A stretch of DNA of 60,314 nucleotides, the filler included, from Sphacelaria rigidula (taxonomy: Eukaryota): the NCBI GenBank assembly GCA_964200075.2. It is 7 parts of 7 records of this genome, joined end to end, with 100 filler letters (N's around TTAATTAATTAA, not from the genome) between each part and the next. Parts side by side here need not be neighbours in the genome. Positions count along the whole stretch, not along the records: positions 1 to 8,532 come from CAXNAA020010868.1; positions 8,633 to 17,164 come from CAXNAA020010869.1; 5 more parts are not named here. The stretch is one strand, 5' to 3'. Numbering within the stretch: the stretch's first letter is position 1; each line of letters opens with the position of its first letter. Shown in pieces: positions 1 to 12,454 of the stretch. Both the position numbers and the translations under genes were made by a program. The notes below the pieces were generated by a model that had not been told where the DNA came from, did no database searches, and was given only the letters and a program-made list of their open reading frames with translations.

Positions 1-258
1 TGACTTCTTTGTCGGCCTAATGCCCCTCGATCGCGTAGATAGTTTTTCAGCGCATTTTACCGACTCTGTGAGCTTACAGCGCTGACCGAAACTGCTGTTT
101 TCCCTGATATCATCCCTCCCAAAACCATAAGTAGAAATGGCGGTGTCGGACAGCGCTGTAAGCTCACAGAGTCGATAAAATGCGCTGAAGAAGTATCTAC
201 GCGATCGAGGGGCATTAGGCCGACAAGGAAGTCATTGGGCACCATCGCTGAAAGCGTG
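1..258. mobile_element. Hairpin MITE (family A), left end cut by the window edge
   Basis: 1-90 is an imperfect reverse complement of about 143-235. A second copy lies at about 59575-60160. Confidence 0.75.
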
Positions 259-396
259 GAGAAAGTACTGTTTTGAGCTCGAACCCCATTTCATTGATGA
301 ACCTCATTTTATAGAATCCTCTGTTTTAATGCTTTCCGTCTGTACTATATTGGTGAACCGGTAATCTCGCTTTGTTGTGAACCCCAACTAATACAA

Positions 397-1692
397 GTGA
401 ACCTCGTGAGACGCAATGGATCGCCCGCCCTCACAGGACATTATTTGTTCGAGTTGCTCAAACCTGACCAAGCACAGGTTGGTCCGTTTGAACAGACCGA
501 AGTCTTTGTCCACGAAGGTAGGCAGGCCATTTACTTCACGTCCCCTGCATGCTTCGATATACTCAACGGTCAGTTGTCGGGTTATGCTCAAGCGCCTGTC
601 ATACGAACCGCCCTGTCAGATGTGTGCCCCCCGGCGAACAACAACTCGCCGACCGACCCCCCGAAATCCACGGGCCCCCATCCGCTACAAATGTCTGACC
701 CCATGGTGGTGACAAATCCACCGGATGCGCCTGACCCTCAACCCCCAACTGCATTACTGGATAGATTTTCTCCAGAACAATGCACCAGTTTTCAAACGTT
801 GTGGGATGACCTTCCCCCTCACTTACGGAATATTGCTTTTGATCTATCTGGCGATGGTTGGACACCCACTGTAATCGATAGATTGAGACCCATCTTGATT
901 AGATACTCTGAACGCTTTTCTACTGCACCCTTGGATTTAGGTCGATGTACCACGACACCGTTTAAGATCAAGATTCCTGATGGCACTCCTCCTATCGCTA
1001 TGCGTCCGTACCGTACAATCCCCATCTTAGCAGATACGATCCAGGTAATTCTCGATGGTTACTTATCTGCCGGTTCGATTCGGCACTCGACATCTTCGGG
1101 GGCCTCGCCTTTAGTAGTCGTCCTTAAGAACAATGGCAAAATCAGACTGTCGGTCAGTTATCAACGATTGGACGCTGTCACCAAAATCACCGGGCTGCCA
1201 CATCCACGGATTGATGAAATTATTGACTCTCTTGGCGGGGGTAAAGTATCTTCGAACTTTGACATGCAGTCCGGCTACCACCAGCTCGTGATGGATCCGA
1301 ATTCCATTGAACTGACAGCGATTTGTACGCCATCAGGTTTGTACGAGTGGTTGGTGACACCACAAGGTACCGCTGGAGCTCCAGGTGCGTTTCAACGTGT
1401 GATGTTCCGTGTAACTGATGGATCACCCAAATGCCATATGTACCTTGATGATGCGGTGTGCCACGACTCCACACCGGCCGAACACGTCGAACAGTTGGCA
1501 TCATTCTTCAATCGGTTTGAACAACACAAGTTGTGTCTCACACCCTCCAAATCCCGCATCGGCGCCACGAAGATTGAGTTCTTGCGTCATTGCATCACCC
1601 CCGAAGGTCGTAGCCCGAACCTCGACAAGGTCGCCGCACTATCCGATATGCCCATGCCACGGGACATTTCTCAACTGCGTTTCTTGTTGTGA
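397..1692 (+). pseudogene. Gypsy reverse transcriptase fragment
   Basis: PIAMRPYR, SPLVVVLKNNGKIRL, FDMQSGYHQ, GLYEWLVTPQG and the YLDD motif at 1441. Confidence 0.95.
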
Positions 1693-1722
1693 GGCCAAAC
1701 CCCCTCACCACCCTCCTCAAAT

Positions 1723-3252
1723 ATGGGGAGAAATTTGTGTTCACATTGGAAATGGAAAAAACCGTCCGCCGCCTCCTCGACACCCTTTCGCGCCCGCCAA
1801 TTTTCGTCTTCCCCGACCTGGTCGGCCGCGGAGCAGGGTTCCCGCCCTTTCCGGCTCCACACAGATTCTTCTAAAATTGGGTTTGGCTGCACATTAGAAC
1901 AGGAGCAAGTCGATGCTACTGTTCATCCCATTGTCTATCTGAGTCACACCACTCTTCCGAATGAACAGAATTGGTCTGTCATGGAACAAGAGGCCGGCGC
2001 AGTTGTTTGGGGCGTGCGACGTCTGCATCAGTATTTGTATGACATCCCGTTTTTGATTAATACCGATCACAAGTATTTGGAAAGCCTTGCCAAAATGGCG
2101 GAACACAACGCTAGGGTTCAACGCTGGTTCGAAATCCTCTCGTCTTACAACTTTCAACCGAAGTACCGCACAGGTCCCCAGAACGCCAACGCCGACTTTT
2201 TGTCACGCTGGCTCACACCAGCTCAACCTATCGATGAATCCGCCATGGGACATATCACCGATCCCACCGAAGACATTGTATATATCATAAGCAGGAATGG
2301 ACATAGAGGTCTCTACACACCACTTTCACTGAGAGAAACGCCGGCTTTAGGCATGGGTGGGCTGACGACCACAGCCCACGCATCAGTCCTAGGCAGCTTA
2401 CAACCTCAATCGTTGTACTCAGTTTGGAATGGACTGTCTATGAATACTGTTGACTATGATCATTTTCGTGCAAGTGGCCAGCGCATGGTTTTCGCAGCAG
2501 GTGTAGAACCGTCCTTTGCTGATTCCGTCTCACCAGATCAAGTTCGAGATTTGATTTCGAGTAGGACTCGTGGACGGCGGACCGCCGAAACGACCACCAA
2601 ATTAGCCGTATCCGGTCCTGACGTTCCCCCCCCTTCCCCCACCCCGGTCCCCGATAGTTTCCTTGCGCCCCCGCAGCCTCCGCGACGCACGGCCCCCAGG
2701 GAATCGACCCCGACCGTGCCGCCCCTGCCAACCATAGCCGAAATCACGGCTGTGCCCCCCTCCAGTGGTGATGATATTGCAAACACCACCACAACACCCT
2801 CCAACCTAATCGACGCAGGAGTAGACGTTAACGTTCCGTCTGAGAGTACACCAACAGGTAGGCTAACCCTTGATTCCGAAATCACCGCTTCGTGCCAACC
2901 CCGCCCCGAACCGACCCAACATGAAGTAGACGCTTCAACAGATGGTGTATTCAAGGAACGTTTGACCCTCTTCTCCCACGCCGATTGGGCCCGGGAACAA
3001 CAGGCAGAACCTGCTTGTAAATCAGCTGTCCATTTTCTATCTAAAGGTTGTCCATGTCCATTCTCAGAAACGGAATTCCTTTTGCCAGTCGGGAATCTCA
3101 AAGCGCCCACACAGGATGAAGTTACTGAACTTTCACGGAAAGGTATGGTACATACGGATGATGATGGTATAGTTCTGTTAGTTCGCCGGCCCACAGCAGC
3201 CCTCCCCAGGGGGAAGCCTACAAGTCGAAATGCCCGCTTGCTAGGTGATTAA
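1723..3252 (+). pseudogene. Gypsy RNase H plus long Pro/Thr-rich linker
   Basis: PFRLHTDSS, GCTLEQ, HPIVYLS, EQNWSVMEQEA, TDHKYL and NANADFLSR motifs. Confidence 0.9.
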
Positions 3253-3273
3253 CCCGTCCTTATCTATGTCCCG

Positions 3274-3981
3274 ATGCTACTGCGCCCATGGGTTCTACAC
3301 GAATGCCACTCACAGGCATCGACTTATTTAGGCGGCATTAGGACCTCCCAGATGTTGGAGCGTTTTTATTGGTGGATTTGTATGGATCAGTGTTGTCGAT
3401 GGTGGGTGAGGCGTTGTCTTTTGTGGCAGTCGCGAAAAACTTCTCGTCAAACAGTTTGTTGGCCGATAGTTTCCATGCTACTCCCAAACGGACCTGGTGA
3501 AGTAGTGTCGTGGCACTATTTAGGTCCTTTGCCCCTGACGGATAGTGGAAATAAGCATATTTTGTGGTCTACGGATAGATGTAGTCGACATGCGGTAATG
3601 CACGCCTTCCCCCCTAGTAGTTATACCACGGAAAGTACCGCCAACATTCTTGTCTACATGTACATCCCACTGTGGGGTGTGTCCGAACGCTTATTATCTG
3701 ACAACGACCCGCATTTTTCAGGCAAGCTTTCTGCCGCCGTCAGTGATCTTTTGGGTGCCCATCGCATTTTTACTACTTCATATCACCCTTCCACCAATGG
3801 TGGAACGGAACGAGTGAACCATACGATGGCACAGATGCTTGCTGCTGTAGCGAATGAGAGACAGGTGGACTTGGATTTGCACCTGCCCCTTGTCCAGATG
3901 AACTACAACAATTTAGTCAATGCCGCTACGGGATTGTCGCCGAATGAAATTCATATTGGACGCATGCCTCGGTTACCTTAA
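3274..3981 (+). pseudogene. Gypsy integrase (degenerate HHCC zinc finger and DDE core)
   Basis: LERFYWW, GPLPLTDSGNKHIL, LLSDNDPHF and TSYHPSTNGGTERVNHTM. Confidence 0.93.
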
Positions 3982-4344
3982 ACGGTATTCGGACGCAAAA
4001 ATACAGGTGGACATCAGAGTCTGGATCGTGATGTTGCAGAGTATCTTTTGTCCGTTAGCAATCATCTTCGTCTTGCATATGAAGTGGTCCGAGAACAGAA
4101 CCAAATCAATTTGGCCAAGGTGGCCAGGGCGAACTCGATGTTGGGTGATGTGGTGCATAACCGCCCGGTGTGGAAGGTAGGCCAATGGGCATGGGTATAT
4201 AACGATGTGAAGACCATCAACCAAGGGGCTAACTCGAAATGATCATCTTTGGATAAAGTGTTGAAGGCGAAGCTATCCTTGAATTGGACTAGTCCGGTGG
4301 GAGCGAAACTTTAGTAGTTAGATTTTCCCACGGATGAACCTGGT

Positions 4345-5118
4345 TTGAAACCGAAAAATCGCGTCTCGATGCTACGATGCAAACCGTGCATCCCCCCTCA
4401 TGACTCCTCGGACATGCCCAAACAACTGCCGGTAGGGCTTAGCCAGTATGTGTTGACCAAGTATGCGATCAAAACTCCGCCGTATCATATGACGGTCGAG
4501 GAAGCAGACGCATCCCTGGAACGCTTTGAGGTAGATAGGACTTCGGGTCATCAACTGGTTCGTGGTCGTGGAGCTAAGATAGCGGTGATGTATCAAACAC
4601 ATCGGAAGAGTATCATGCGTGTAACATGGGAGCGTGAGGTTGATTTGCGTCATTTTCATCGGGAAATATTGCTGTACTGGGTAGGAGATACCGTCCAACA
4701 CCGCCCGTTGAATAAAAGATATCGATCGATGCGCAAGGGAGCTGCCGCTCGAGAACTGGCACGTGAACACTCAGCGCGGTTTGTTGTGACAGGATATAGC
4801 CTTCTTTCGCGTTCACAATACATGCAGTGTTTTCACGGAACACGATTGCCGAAAGGGGCGTATTTTTAGTATAAGGCCTTGGGTTCGCTGTGGTGGTTGG
4901 AAAATATTCATTTGGTCGATCATGCATCTGACCACTCCTACTATATCCGTTTCCTTGATGACCCGAGCCCCATTAAGATTCGCTTGGATGATGCGTACTA
5001 CACCGAGGAGCCGACCGCTCGGAGGGGATCCTGGTGCCCCCAACGACACGACCAAGGCGAACTCGAAACAACCGTTCTACGGAACACGGACACCGCTTGG
5101 GATGCAGATGACTCATGA
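4345..5118 (+). pseudogene. Integrase C-terminal extension: chromodomain-like region plus an additional aromatic-rich domain
   Basis: FEVDRTSGHQ...MYQTH...VTWEREVDL resembles a chromodomain. The ORFs at 4345 and 4879 share a frame and are split by one TAG at 4867. Confidence 0.65.
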
Positions 5119-5299
5119 TGCCGCATCCGAGTCTGCTTCCCCATTCACCTTGCGCAGAGTACCGCGTTCGAGTCGCTTGTCTTGCATCATAGCGTCGTTG
5201 GAAAACCATGTGTTCCCCCTCCTTCCCCCCTGCACTTGTTTTCGTACTGGTTAGCCCCGTACTTGTAGTGGTTGATGTAGTGTCTTTTGATTGTTAATA

Positions 5300-5793
5300 G
5301 ATCCTTTTTCGCTCATCTCAAAAATGGGCGAAAAAAGATCGATCTTGAACAGCCTCTTCTGCTGTTCTAAATAAATCCTTTTCTTTGCCGAAATAAATTT
5401 GGCGAGAAAAGGATCTGTTTTGAAGAGCTTGTTCTTCTATCCAATATAAATTCTTTTTCGCTCGATTCAAATCGGGTGAAGAGGAATTTACCTCGGACAG
5501 GAGAACAAGCTATTGAAGATATATTAATTTCCAGATTTTGTACCAAAATCTTTGGAATTTTCAAAAGAACAACTTGAGGTTTTTCCACCAAAACACTACC
5601 ACATGACTGCGGAGGGCTTTGCTGACGTGCCTACACAGGGCTTCAAATCCAACCCTGGGGAAAACCCTATCGAAACGCTACGAGGGGTACAGATTTTGCA
5701 TTTCACTGTCAGGGTTTTTTTCACAAAGACTGTGGAGGACCCTGTACGGACCCTGCACAGTGCGCCCCACAGGGTGCTATCTGTCCACGTGTG
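5300..5793. mobile_element. One end of a CACACGTGG-terminated non-autonomous DNA transposon
   Basis: Ends ...acagggtgctatctgtccacgtgtg and is inversely similar to about 50075-50400. Confidence 0.7.
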
Positions 5794-7077
5794 GTAGAAC
5801 TAATCACAAGAAGAACCATCAGCTTTTCATCTGCTCTACGTGACGTCTCATCTTCTGCCGGCAAGCCGTGACGAGCTATAACACGAGTAAGCCACGAGTA
5901 ATATACCCCCTTTTGCGTGTCAATTGGTGTTTCCTTTTCCGAAAGAGCTCGGTGCTTACTTTCAATTGCAGCTGTCTGCTGTTGACGAGTGCCTTGTGTG
6001 AGAGGGGCCCTATTGTTTGAGTTAACGAGTCGAAAACAAGACCAGTGCGTCACATACTCACCCATCTTGGGTTGTGGCCTGCTCTGCTAACGAATACGTC
6101 GACAGGGCCCTACCCCTGGCCCAGATAAGCCTCTCCAGGTTTCCAAGTGCAGGATGATCGCGGCTTGGTTTCTGGTATTACTTGCACTCGGTATACCGTT
6201 CCCGAGTTTTTCCGGAGTGTGTTTTGGGCCCCAATTCTATACTAAAACGTAGTAATTTACACTAACACAGGGTGGGCCGGAAAAGAGCGGGAAGGAGTGT
6301 ACATGTCACCACGCGGTCATTTTCACGAGGCACAAAATCCAGGTGGGCTGTGGAAAGACAAAAGGAGCTACCGTCATGAATTCTGCGTATCCCTCTGCCG
6401 AGGACTTGCAGTGTGCAGTCCACATATATGTTGTGGACGGGGATGACAAAGCTGTATATAGGCAGCTGATTTCGGTAGATGAGAATCGCCTAGAACGTGC
6501 AAGGGAGTATGCAGCGGCAGCTGCTGCTTCAGTCGGAGAGGCATACTTGACTGTACTGTACTATACTGTTGTACGCATGCGCGCCGCAACGCTAATACCG
6601 TTGGAAGAGAGTTTGCCGCATGCAACAAGGTGGGAAATGGCGGCCCACCCCGACCACAAAGGGCTGTGTGGCAAGGTGATGGGGACAAAAGTATCATTCA
6701 AAGCCACAAGTGGCAGGCGACCTGCCGGTCGTCGCATCCTGTTGGAAGTTCTGTACCACAACCCATACTGCTTGCTACATTAGATGTACACCACCTAATG
6801 AGCACCCGTCGCATGAAAACAGATTGGAACTTTCGCTCTTTGTCATAACCCTGCGGTTACATACGCGGATTTTCAGCAACACGAAACACACCACTGTTTC
6901 GTGCAGACGCCAGACACGTCATTCCTGACCAGCCTCATTGGTCGTTCTGGAGGCCCGATCCCAAAAGGGTTAAAACGCGCATAAACACGCAAAAAACGCG
7001 CATAAAGTTGCGATATTTGTTTGCTCGCAAGTGCTCCATGTAGCGTAACTTGTCACCAGACAGGCCGATAGGCGTCA

Positions 7078-7290
7078 CACACGTGGGCAGATAGCACCCT
7101 GTGGGGGGGGTCTACAGGGTTTACGTACCCTGCGCAGCGTTTCTGGCGGGGATTTTACTGTACAATGTTTACCAGCGTAGCATAGGACGCTCCACAGGGG
7201 TTCTCTACAGTGGTCGTGAATAGTGTGCATCACAGGATTCCTCTCCACAGGGTTTCTCTACAGTGGTCATGAATAGTGTGAATCACAGGG
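7078..7290. mobile_element. Terminus of the same CACACGTGG family
   Basis: Starts cacacgtgggcagatagcaccctgt, followed by acaggg subterminal repeats. Confidence 0.65.
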
Positions 7291-7412
7291 TTCCGTCGCC
7301 CCGTGAAGAGTTCATCGCTGCTGACAATGCTGTGCATTGTGTTTACGCAAAAACACCACCCTCCACATGCAGCTGCGGGCGCAAGGTACTGGCGGAAAAA
7401 ATAACTGATTAA

Positions 7413-7485
7413 GATCGGACGGGAAATCGAACCCACGACTTCGTCGTTTGATAGGCAACCGGTTACATGGTGAGCTACGCACGGC
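7413..7485 (-). mobile_element. tRNA-derived SINE head or tRNA pseudogene
   Basis: The minus strand has an A-box-like tagctcaccatg and a B-box-like ggttcgatttcc; I could not fold an intact cloverleaf. Confidence 0.45.
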
Positions 7486-8532
7486 ATTCATTATGAGTAG
7501 AATGTATTCTTTGTACTTCTGAATTTCGGGGCCCTCGAAGGTCCGTGTCAATAACACTGAAATCCCCCGAATTGTTTTTTAGAGGCACAGGTGCAACGGA
7601 AATTTGGAATTTGGACAGCCTCTGCTGTTCGAAATAAATGCTTCTTCCAAACTAGGAATAGGGGGAAAAGGATTCATTTCGAAGAGCTTAAGCTGTACAA
7701 ATAATCCCATATACACTATATATACAGCAGATGGAATTTGTACACCGTCAATACCTGAATTTGGGTGGATAAAGAACTTGCTCGCGAGCAGCTTCAGCTG
7801 TTCAAATCCCGCATACTGCACGCAAGCCTTTGTCGCAGCTGACGTAATGATAACGGAACGCAATTTACCTCGGTTATGAATGCATACACCTAATGAAAAA
7901 CCCGTAGTCCCATGTCGACCAAACTAAAACAATATGCAGGTAATAATGAAACATCTCATCGCGCGGTTGATACTGCGTACTCGGGATATATATTCACAAC
8001 AATAAAGTTTACTGGACTGTACAATACCATTGCATGCGGGACAGTGCGCTATACCGCCGTGCTTATACGTGCGGCGCCATGTACTGCAGATGGCTGGCAA
8101 TATATACAATGTAGGTGCCTGCAGCTTATTTTAATATATGGGAGTGTTATATACCGTCACGAACTCCAGTATTAAACGCGCGCGTCCCACAGCATATGCG
8201 CACAGCTGCTGCAGCGCAGTAAGTAGGGCGTGAAAGGGAAGGGAAAAAGTACAGTACAGACAGCGCAGGACAATGTATATATATGTTCTCTACCTACAGT
8301 GCGACGTGAAAAGGGCTTGAACAACGTGCAGCATATCGTACGGTCTGCTGTATGCTGCACTACTATGTTATCAGTGCGTCCAGCATGCTTACCGTGAGTG
8401 TGTATGCATAATAGGCGACCGGTTAATTGTTCCTCGCACCCACCTACACCCCACGTATGTCGTCGCCGCGCGATGTCGCGACCATGAAAGAAGATGCTCA
8501 AGTTTCCACCAACAAGGAATACATCATATCCA

Positions 8533-8632
8533 NNNNNNNNNNNNNNNNNNNNNNNNNNNNNNNNNNNNNNNNNNNNTTAATTAATTAANNNNNNNNNNNN
8601 NNNNNNNNNNNNNNNNNNNNNNNNNNNNNNNN
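8533..8632. other. Artificial contig linker
   Basis: 44N-TTAATTAATTAA-44N, with stops in all six frames. Confidence 0.98.
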
Positions 8633-8667
8633 TGTTTTAGGTTTGAACCTCATCTCGGAGTTAAACC

Positions 8668-11477
8668 TCAATTCGCACAATTTGTTGTTCTTTGTAGGCT
8701 TCCAGGCCGCTCCTGCGAAGTAGCAGCACCGGAACCACTACCTTCTGCACACCATAGAGCAACAATTCCTCTGGTACGGTAGCTCCTAGCAGCTACATCT
8801 AGCACCCCCGTGGTGCATCTCAGCATGCCACCAAACAGCACATCCTTACTGCCGAACCAATCCGATAAATACTCTGCCTCCACAGAAGCTTGCGCATCGA
8901 CGATTTCTCCTGTTTTAGTCGCTTTTTTAGGCGAAACGAGAGGTGGAGCGGGAACAACCATACAGTCCCGCATAACAACAACTCTCGAGGGCACCACATC
9001 ATCCTCATTAAGTACCTGACCTAACATCATAATATGAGCAATGCCGCGCATCATCCGCTTACATTTACGATGGGACAACGACGAATTGACCATCCGAAAT
9101 CTACGACCCATCAACGCCTTATTAAACGCTCTCACCGCACAATTCTTCACATGCCATCCCGTATCGCCGACCCATACCTCCGGCGACCCCATCGCTGTTG
9201 CTTTAATCATGTCAGAAAATACTTCACCTTCTTCACCTCCACACTAGACTTTGTGGGCTCCCACAGCACGAAGTTGCTCACATCGTCTTTGATCACCAAA
9301 TAGTCTTGGATCGGATCTCTGTTGTCCAACCCACCATTTTCCAGCTGACCACTCGCTCCATCGTTGAGGAATTTGAATTTCGTCACCTCCTCCAGGCGAG
9401 TACCATGCACTTTATCCCCACCGTGCACCATATCCTCGTGGGGAGGGGGAATGTGCGCCCCCATCTTGGATTCGCTCACCCGTCGGGAGCACAATTTTTC
9501 CGGCATTTCCATCGCCGCTCTCTCCAAGCTTGACTGCAAACTGCAGTAAAGTAACCCAAACGCCACCAAAACTGCAAAGCACGAAGTTAGCCACACGGCC
9601 TTCACTGGATTGTTGCAATTGGGCTGGGCCTGTAACTGTGGCTGCGCCCTCATACGGGGTACGGCTCCACTCTCAGGAGCTTCCTCTTGCTTTCCACCTG
9701 TATGCTTCTTGCTCTCACTTTGAAACGACCATTCAGGGACGATCACCCGCCTAGCCGAAAGATAAGTAGGGTTGTTCACGCCGGTCTGCACCGGGCGTAA
9801 CTTTTCCAAAGCCAGCGGATACAAATCTACCCCGAATTCCTTCATACTCGCCATGCCAAAGAACATCACGTCATCGTTACCAGGCATGACTGCGAAAGTG
9901 ATTGGCGACATCTTCACAGCGCCCCACGGTATTCGCACGCTCACAGCAATAGGCACCGTTTTATGATAAATAGTCACGGGCGCACCCGTGGCTCTCTGTG
10001 CCACTTGCGGTCCATTTTCAAATGGTAGCTGTAGCTGGGTGCATCCAAACTGTGAAGACATCTGTTGTAGCAACCCCACACTTATTGATGTGAGTGCTGA
10101 TCCAGAGTCGAGAAAAACGCGAGCCATACATGAACCGACAGAACCGTGTATAGATAGATCGGCGCGCAAGCATTCTGCGCTGCGGTCGACAGGCACCACA
10201 CCTGCCGAAGAAAAACTCTGGTTAGTACCTTGAGTCACTTGACGCCAAGGCAGCGCTCCAGCTCTTGACATCGGTGCTTTTCCATTCTTCGCATAAGTGG
10301 AAGATACACAGACACGAATCCTGCTGGGCCTATAGGTTGCGAGCCTTTCGCTCCAGCACTCCCCACCGAAGTCTTACCTCCTCCTACATATGTTTGCTGC
10401 CCCGACACAGATGAACCTAGAGATCTAGCGTTATCACTTGGAAAGTCAGTTAAGGATACAGTAGCGGCGGAATTACAATTCTTCGTCGCTTGGTTTCGTT
10501 TTTGGCCCCTGCCTCTGCACCCGTATCTCTGGTTGCTCCGACCTTGTCCGCCATGACGATCGCCTCGAGATCCGGACAAATCTCACGCATTTCCTTGCTC
10601 AGCGCCTTTAGCGTGAGGCTTGGGGCAACGTCTTAAAATATGCCCATGGTCTCCACAATTGTAACATTGGCGAGGAAAACAACGCTCGCGAAGTCGGCAG
10701 CTGTTTCTGTCGCTTACGCTCGCCATACTTTGACGTTTCTACCGGTTTATCCCAAACCAGCAGCATCGTTGCCGCTTGAGCCATCGTTCTCTACAACTCA
10801 GAAATCACGGATGGACTCTTGCCTTACTTGAGCGTCCCTCCAGCGGAGTGTTCCTCCAAACCCTGTGCGCTGTAAGCTGTCTTCCGTCTGCGGGCTGAAT
10901 TGGCTTTATGCTGCAGCCCAATCTCTCCTCAGCCAAAACTCCCCTAACAGAGTGCCGGAAGAAATATCTAGATATTATAGCCTCTGCCAGACAATCTGGA
11001 CAAGAGGACTATCCACGAGGGACTCCTCCAGTAGCACTGGCCTCGTGCTCAACAAGTCCTTCCTTCTCACTTGTGATGACCTCGGAGTAAATAGCTGCGG
11101 CCTGTACCGTCAGCCATGGTCTACACAGCGAGGTCCATCATCCACAGGATGCCCTTGTCCCCTGGTCATCATCTAGGATCCTACGTTCTACATTTACTGC
11201 GCCCTGATATATTTTGGCCACAGTCTGTAATTGCGCCAATGAGAAAACAGCGGGTGCATTGTTATGTTACAAAGGGAAGACCCGGGTTGGCAATTAGACC
11301 CCGAGACTCCCGCACAGATGACCCAGATTGCCTTGTATTGCCCGTAGCCAATATGACTTTGATAGTATTGCTGTCAAGTGACGCAGTAGGCCCATTTACA
11401 TGGACACGTCGAGGTTGACCGTTTGTTTTAGAAGGTAGGGGGGGAGAACCGTTGACCGGAATTGAGCCATGAGTCAA
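8668..11477 (-). mobile_element. Internally deleted Ty3/Gypsy derivative (gag, protease, integrase remnant; no RT or RNase H)
   Basis: Zinc knuckle CYNCGDHGHILRRC at about 10627-10668; protease motif VFLDSGS; integrase-like YLVIKDDVSNFVLWEP and SPEVWVGDTG. Confidence 0.85.
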
Positions 11478-11837
11478 GTAAGTCCACCTCTTAGCTGAGC
11501 CCTTTGCACGGGGTACATGCTGTCATGCCTTACAACTGGTGCACGCTCGCAGCCGCGACCGGTGCGATACTAGATAACAATATACGCTATATATATATTA
11601 TATACTTCCGTGGTCCTGGCACTTTCAGGGCAGTTCTGGCTCACCCCAAGTAAGCACGATTTGATCTTGCCTGCGTCATAGATTGTTTCAACAGCACATT
11701 TATACTGTGTTGGCTGTTGCTGATATGCCGTGAGTACAAATATTTTTCATCAGCGGAGTTATTACAATGGTATGATAAAACAAGCAGCATGTCATTGATA
11801 TTCACTGCCGTGTACTGCGCACTGTTTTTATCTCTGC

Positions 11838-12084
11838 TGTGACGCCAGCCAGGGGAAGAACCGCTGGATCAATGCTGTTGAAGGACGCCCCAGTCTAACT
11901 GGCCTCAGTTTTAGTTTTCAGCCTTTACAACATTCTCATTATTCCGGAGTGCCCTCGTAGGTACAGCCTCCTAGACACGCAAGTACCATGTTCGTGTCCC
12001 CGGTCATTATTCACATCATCACTACCAACGGTCATCATCCAGATCATCACTACCACTTCAATGTAACGGCGTTACTTCGTCACA
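11838..12084 (-). repeat. 3' LTR
   Basis: TGTGACG...CGTCACA termini; homologous to 15042-15262, with an internal duplication of about 27 bp. Confidence 0.9.
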
Positions 12085-12159
12085 GGACCCCCAAAGCGCG
12101 TTGGATGAAAATCGATCAACGATCTTGACACATAGAAAACGCCTAAGCGATGAGTAAGT

Positions 12160-12452
12160 CACAACTGAATACCAAACTCATGCGAAATGAGAGCAGCAAC
12201 GGCACGAGTCACGCGCAATTATCGCAACTCCTTCGTAAGGGATTCCAGAGAAGCCTCAAATATGTCCTCAAAAGGCTCCCACGTACGCTCCCCAACTTCG
12301 AAACCAACCCGGTCGGCTAACACGATCAACTAGCGATCATCTGCTTCTGCCACTCGGACAGTGCCAGCCATCCGAAATTGCCCCTGATTGAAATGATGCT
12401 GGAACACGTCCTTGACGTCAGCCGTAACATGAAGTTGCGAGTCTGCATAAAA
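12160..12452 (-). pseudogene. Integrase C-terminus and chromodomain remnant
   Basis: Manual translation gives FYADSQLHVTADVKDVF...VLADRVGFEVGERTWEPFEDIFE, with in-frame stops. Confidence 0.75.
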
Positions 12453-12454
12453 AA

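Larger units (their letters stand above)
397..5118 (+). mobile_element. Degenerate Ty3/Gypsy LTR retrotransposon pol (RT-RNase H-integrase-chromodomain), 5' truncated
   Basis: Domain order is RT, RH, INT. Frameshifts near 1690 and 1815; stops at 3250, 3979, 4240 and 4867. Confidence 0.95.

Noticed and set aside
6343..6783. 146-aa ORF as a gene or transposase
   Set aside because: No recognisable motif or splice structure; it lies between transposon ends.
8533..8632. TTAATTAATTAA as a biological repeat or TTAA transposon target
   Set aside because: It is an identical N-padded linker at near-constant spacing, so it is artificial.
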